From the NCBI GenBank assembly GCA_963823555.1, contig CAWGMA010000001.1, positions 256,001 through 320,000 on the forward strand: a DNA stretch of 64,000 nucleotides, written 5' to 3'. The first letter of the stretch is position 1. Every line of letters begins with the position of its first letter. Made by a program: the position numbers and the translations under genes. The DNA comes from Candidatus Eiseniibacteriota bacterium (lineage in GTDB: Bacteria; Eisenbacteria; RBG-16-71-46; CAVPCR01). This document shows positions 61,600 to 64,000 of the stretch, piece by piece. Below the pieces are notes generated by a model. It searched no databases and was not told the DNA's origin. It saw only the letters and a program-made list of their open reading frames with translations.

Positions 61600-62418
61600 A
61601 TGGCGACCAAGAAAGTCGGATCGAGCCGCAAGCCCGCCGTCAAGAGCACGGAGCCGCGGCGACCCCGTGCCGCCAGGAAGGTCGTGGCCGAGCGGCCCGG
61701 CCTTCGCGGGGCCGCGGAACTTCGCCCGCTCAAGCTCTGTCCTGGGTACCTGCGCTTCGCCGAGGGTTCCTGCCTGATCGAGCTCGGGTCCACGGTGGTG
61801 CTGTGTGCGGCGACGATCGAGGCCCGGGTGCCTCCGTTCTTGAAGGGTACCGGTCGCGGCTGGATCACGGCGGAGTACGGCATGCTGCCCCGGTCGACCC
61901 AGGCGCGGACTCCCCGCGACATCTGGCGCGGCAAGGCTGGCGGGCGGACCCACGAGATCCAGCGTTTGATCGGGCGCAGCCTGCGCGCTGTCGCCGACCT
62001 AGCCGCGCTCAAGGAACATCAGATCATCATCGACTGCGACGTGATCGAGGCCGATGGGTCGACTCGAGTCGCGGCGATCACCGGCGGGTTCGTGGCCCTG
62101 GCCGGTGCCGTCCAGCGGTTGCGCACCGCCGGCATCGTCAAGGACCAGGTGCTCAAGGACCATGTGGCGGCGGTCAGCGTCGGCATGGTCGGCGGGGCCC
62201 TCGTCCTCGATCTCGAGTACGCCGAGGACTCGATCGCCGGCGTCGACATGAACGTGGTCATGACGGGAAGCGGTGCCCTCGTCGAGGTCCAGGGCACGGC
62301 CGATACCGCCCCGTTCTCGGCCGAGGAGCTTGCCGCCCTGATCGAGCTCGCCCGCGGCGGGATCAAGAAACTGATCACGGCCGAGCGCCGCGCTCTCCGT
62401 CTCACCGAGCTGCCGTGA
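61600..62418 (+). CDS. rph: ribonuclease PH
   Basis: AEGS, GWITAEYGMLP.ST, GRTHEIQRLIGRSLR, DCDV..ADG, DMNVVM, EVQGTA. Confidence 0.96.
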   Translation: MATKKVGSSRKPAVKSTEPRRPRAARKVVAERPGLRGAAELRPLKLCPGYLRFAEGSCLIELGSTVVLCAATIEARVPPFLKGTGRGWITAEYGMLPRSTQARTPRDIWRGKAGGRTHEIQRLIGRSLRAVADLAALKEHQIIIDCDVIEADGSTRVAAITGGFVALAGAVQRLRTAGIVKDQVLKDHVAAVSVGMVGGALVLDLEYAEDSIAGVDMNVVMTGSGALVEVQGTADTAPFSAEELAALIELARGGIKKLITAERRALRLTELP

Positions 62419-62473
62419 CTCGAGGTCCATTCACCTTCTTGCCATTGCCCGCTGGAACCAGCCGAGGGCCGAA

Positions 62474-63127
62474 ATGCGTCGGGGCGATAAGCTGCTGATT
62501 GCGACAAGAAATCACGGCAAGCTGGAGGAGATCCGGGCTCTGCTCTCTGATCTGCCATTCGTCATCATCGGTAGCGATGAAGCCGAGGCCACCGGCGTCC
62601 ACTTGCCGGCCGTGGAAGAGGATGGGGAGACCTACGCCGAGAACGCACTCGCCAAGGCGAGGGCGGCGGCGAGGGCGGCGGGCATGGCCGCGCTGGCCGA
62701 TGATTCGGGGCTGGAGGTCGATGCCCTCGGCGGTGCGCCCGGTGTGCGCTCGGCGCGCTTTGCCGGGGCGGGCGCCAGCGACGAGGCCAACAACCGGTTG
62801 CTCCTGGCCCGTCTGGCCGGTGTGCCGGAGGCTCGCCGGACGGCCCGCTTCGTGTCGACCGTCGCCCTCGTTCTCCGCGATGGACGCGAGATCGTGACCC
62901 ACGGCAAGGTCGAGGGGAGGATCATCGGGGCGCCGCGCGGTGACGGCGGGTTCGGGTACGATCCGCTCTTCTTCTACGTTCCCTTCGGCAGCACGTTCGG
63001 CGAGGCGGCCGCGGCCGCGAAGAACGACGTCAGTCATCGCGCCGGTGCGCTTCGCGCCCTGGCCGCGGAACTCAGAGCGTTGCTCGAAGAGGATGAGGGC
63101 GGTCCGAAGGGTGGGGGAGGTGCCTGA
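62474..63127 (+). CDS. rdgB: dITP/XTP pyrophosphatase
   Basis: ATRNHGKLEE, ENALAKA, ADDSGLEV, PGVRSAR, GFGYDPLF, KN.VSHR. Confidence 0.96.
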   Translation: MRRGDKLLIATRNHGKLEEIRALLSDLPFVIIGSDEAEATGVHLPAVEEDGETYAENALAKARAAARAAGMAALADDSGLEVDALGGAPGVRSARFAGAGASDEANNRLLLARLAGVPEARRTARFVSTVALVLRDGREIVTHGKVEGRIIGAPRGDGGFGYDPLFFYVPFGSTFGEAAAAAKNDVSHRAGALRALAAELRALLEEDEGGPKGGGGA

Positions 63128-63170
63128 GCCCGATCTCAGGCCTGCCGCTGCCGGCGCGTGAGGCAGTTCA

Positions 63171-63247
63171 TGGGGTGGACGACGGGGATCGAACCCGCGA
63201 CAACCGGATCCACAGTCCGGTGCTCTACCAACTGAGCTACGTCCACC
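63171..63247 (-). tRNA. tRNA-His(GTG)
   Basis: G(-1)GTGGACGTAGCTCAGTTGGTAGAGC..loop CTGTGGA..GGTTCGATCCC..CCCA. Confidence 0.97.
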
Positions 63248-63346
63248 ACCTCAAATGACTCGCGGGAATGCCTCGCGGCCCAGGAGCCGGCCCGCTTCAT
63301 GCAACGACGAGCCGTGTCCGGAGTGGTCCCGGCGCCTGTTGGAAGC

Positions 63347-63423
<77 letters not shown>

Positions 63424-63424
63424 A

Positions 63425-63501
63425 TGGTCGGGGCGAGAGGACTTGAACCTCTGGCTCCCTGCTCCCAAAGCAGGTGCGCTACCGGGCTGCGCTACGCCCC
63501 G
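63425..63501 (-). tRNA. tRNA-Pro(TGG)
   Basis: CGGGGCGTAGCGCAGCCCGGTAGCGC..loop TTTGGGA..GGTTCAAGTCC..ACCA. Confidence 0.96.
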
Positions 63502-63525
63502 ACGAGGTGCCCGTTAGGCGCGCGC

Positions 63526-63554
63526 AGTGTAACGTACCCCTCAAGGGGTGTCAA
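63526..63554 (-). promoter_or_regulatory. sigma70 promoter of the Pro-Arg-His tRNA operon
   Basis: TTGACA-17 nt-TACACT followed by GC-rich discriminator GCGCGCGCC. Confidence 0.85.
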
Positions 63555-63719
63555 AGATCGGCGGAGAGGGGGCCGGCGCCAGGCCGATGGGGCCCCTCCG
63601 GCCGACCCAGGGCGAAGAGGCGGACGGGGCCAACTTCACCAACCCCGGACCCTCTGGGAACCGTTAGCATGGAGGCGGCGGGAAGGAGCCCGCCGCGGGA
63701 ACGCGAGGAGGATATTTCG

Positions 63720-64000
63720 ATGGCAGGTGTCAACAAGGCAATCCTCATTGGCAACCTGGGGAGCGATCCGGAGCTCCGCCACACGCCCAATGGGACCCCG
63801 GTCGCGAACTTCAACATTGCCACGACCGAGCAACGCGGCGGGAAGAACGGTGAGCGTACCGAGTACACCGAATGGCACCGGATCGTGTGCTGGGGGCGCC
63901 TGGCGGAAATCGCCAACGAGTACCTGTCCAAGGGTCGCCAGGTCTTCATCGAGGGACGGATCCAGACCCGCCAGTGGGAAGACCGGGACGGCAACAAGCG
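63720..64000 (+). CDS. ssb: single-stranded DNA-binding protein (5' part, runs off window)
   Basis: [67 protein letters not shown]. Confidence 0.97.
   Translation, partial: MAGVNKAILIGNLGSDPELRHTPNGTPVANFNIATTEQRGGKNGERTEYTEWHRIVCWGRLAEIANEYLSKGRQVFIEGRIQTRQWEDRDGNK

Overview
High-GC bacterial chromosomal segment, mostly + strand, with no integrase, complete transposase, phage gene, reverse transcriptase or CRISPR array that I could recognise. Housekeeping blocks: ino1/tmk/ctpA/larB/larC at the left; ALDH, asparaginase II and ppdK in the middle; an aminotransferase, arcC, smpB, amidase, GerMN, murI, rph, rdgB, 4 tRNAs and ssb at the right. Between them lies a large cell-surface region (about 7.5-25 kb and 33.5-57 kb). 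It holds several secreted proteins ending in FlgD-Ig/T9SS-type C-terminal domains, three Ig/FnIII-repeat lipoproteins (two are close paralogues), PorV/PorQ-like barrels, GT2 and three GT-C glycosyltransferases, and a protein with a C-terminal TWGxxK motif. This content suggests an FCB-related candidate phylum such as Eisenbacteria, Krumholzibacteriota or Latescibacterota (inference only). Best candidates for novelty: (1) a membrane RsbW-kinase/HAMP/PP2C/transposase-like-HTH fusion plus STAS partner, in an operon with a giant Ig-repeat secreted protein and a PorV-TPR barrel; (2) a roughly 610-nt structured leader behind a near-consensus sigma70 promoter upstream of a Cys-rich, S-layer-like gene; (3) an apparent glycosylation-coupled T9SS-like surface system. 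All assignments come from motif recognition by eye; no searches were run.
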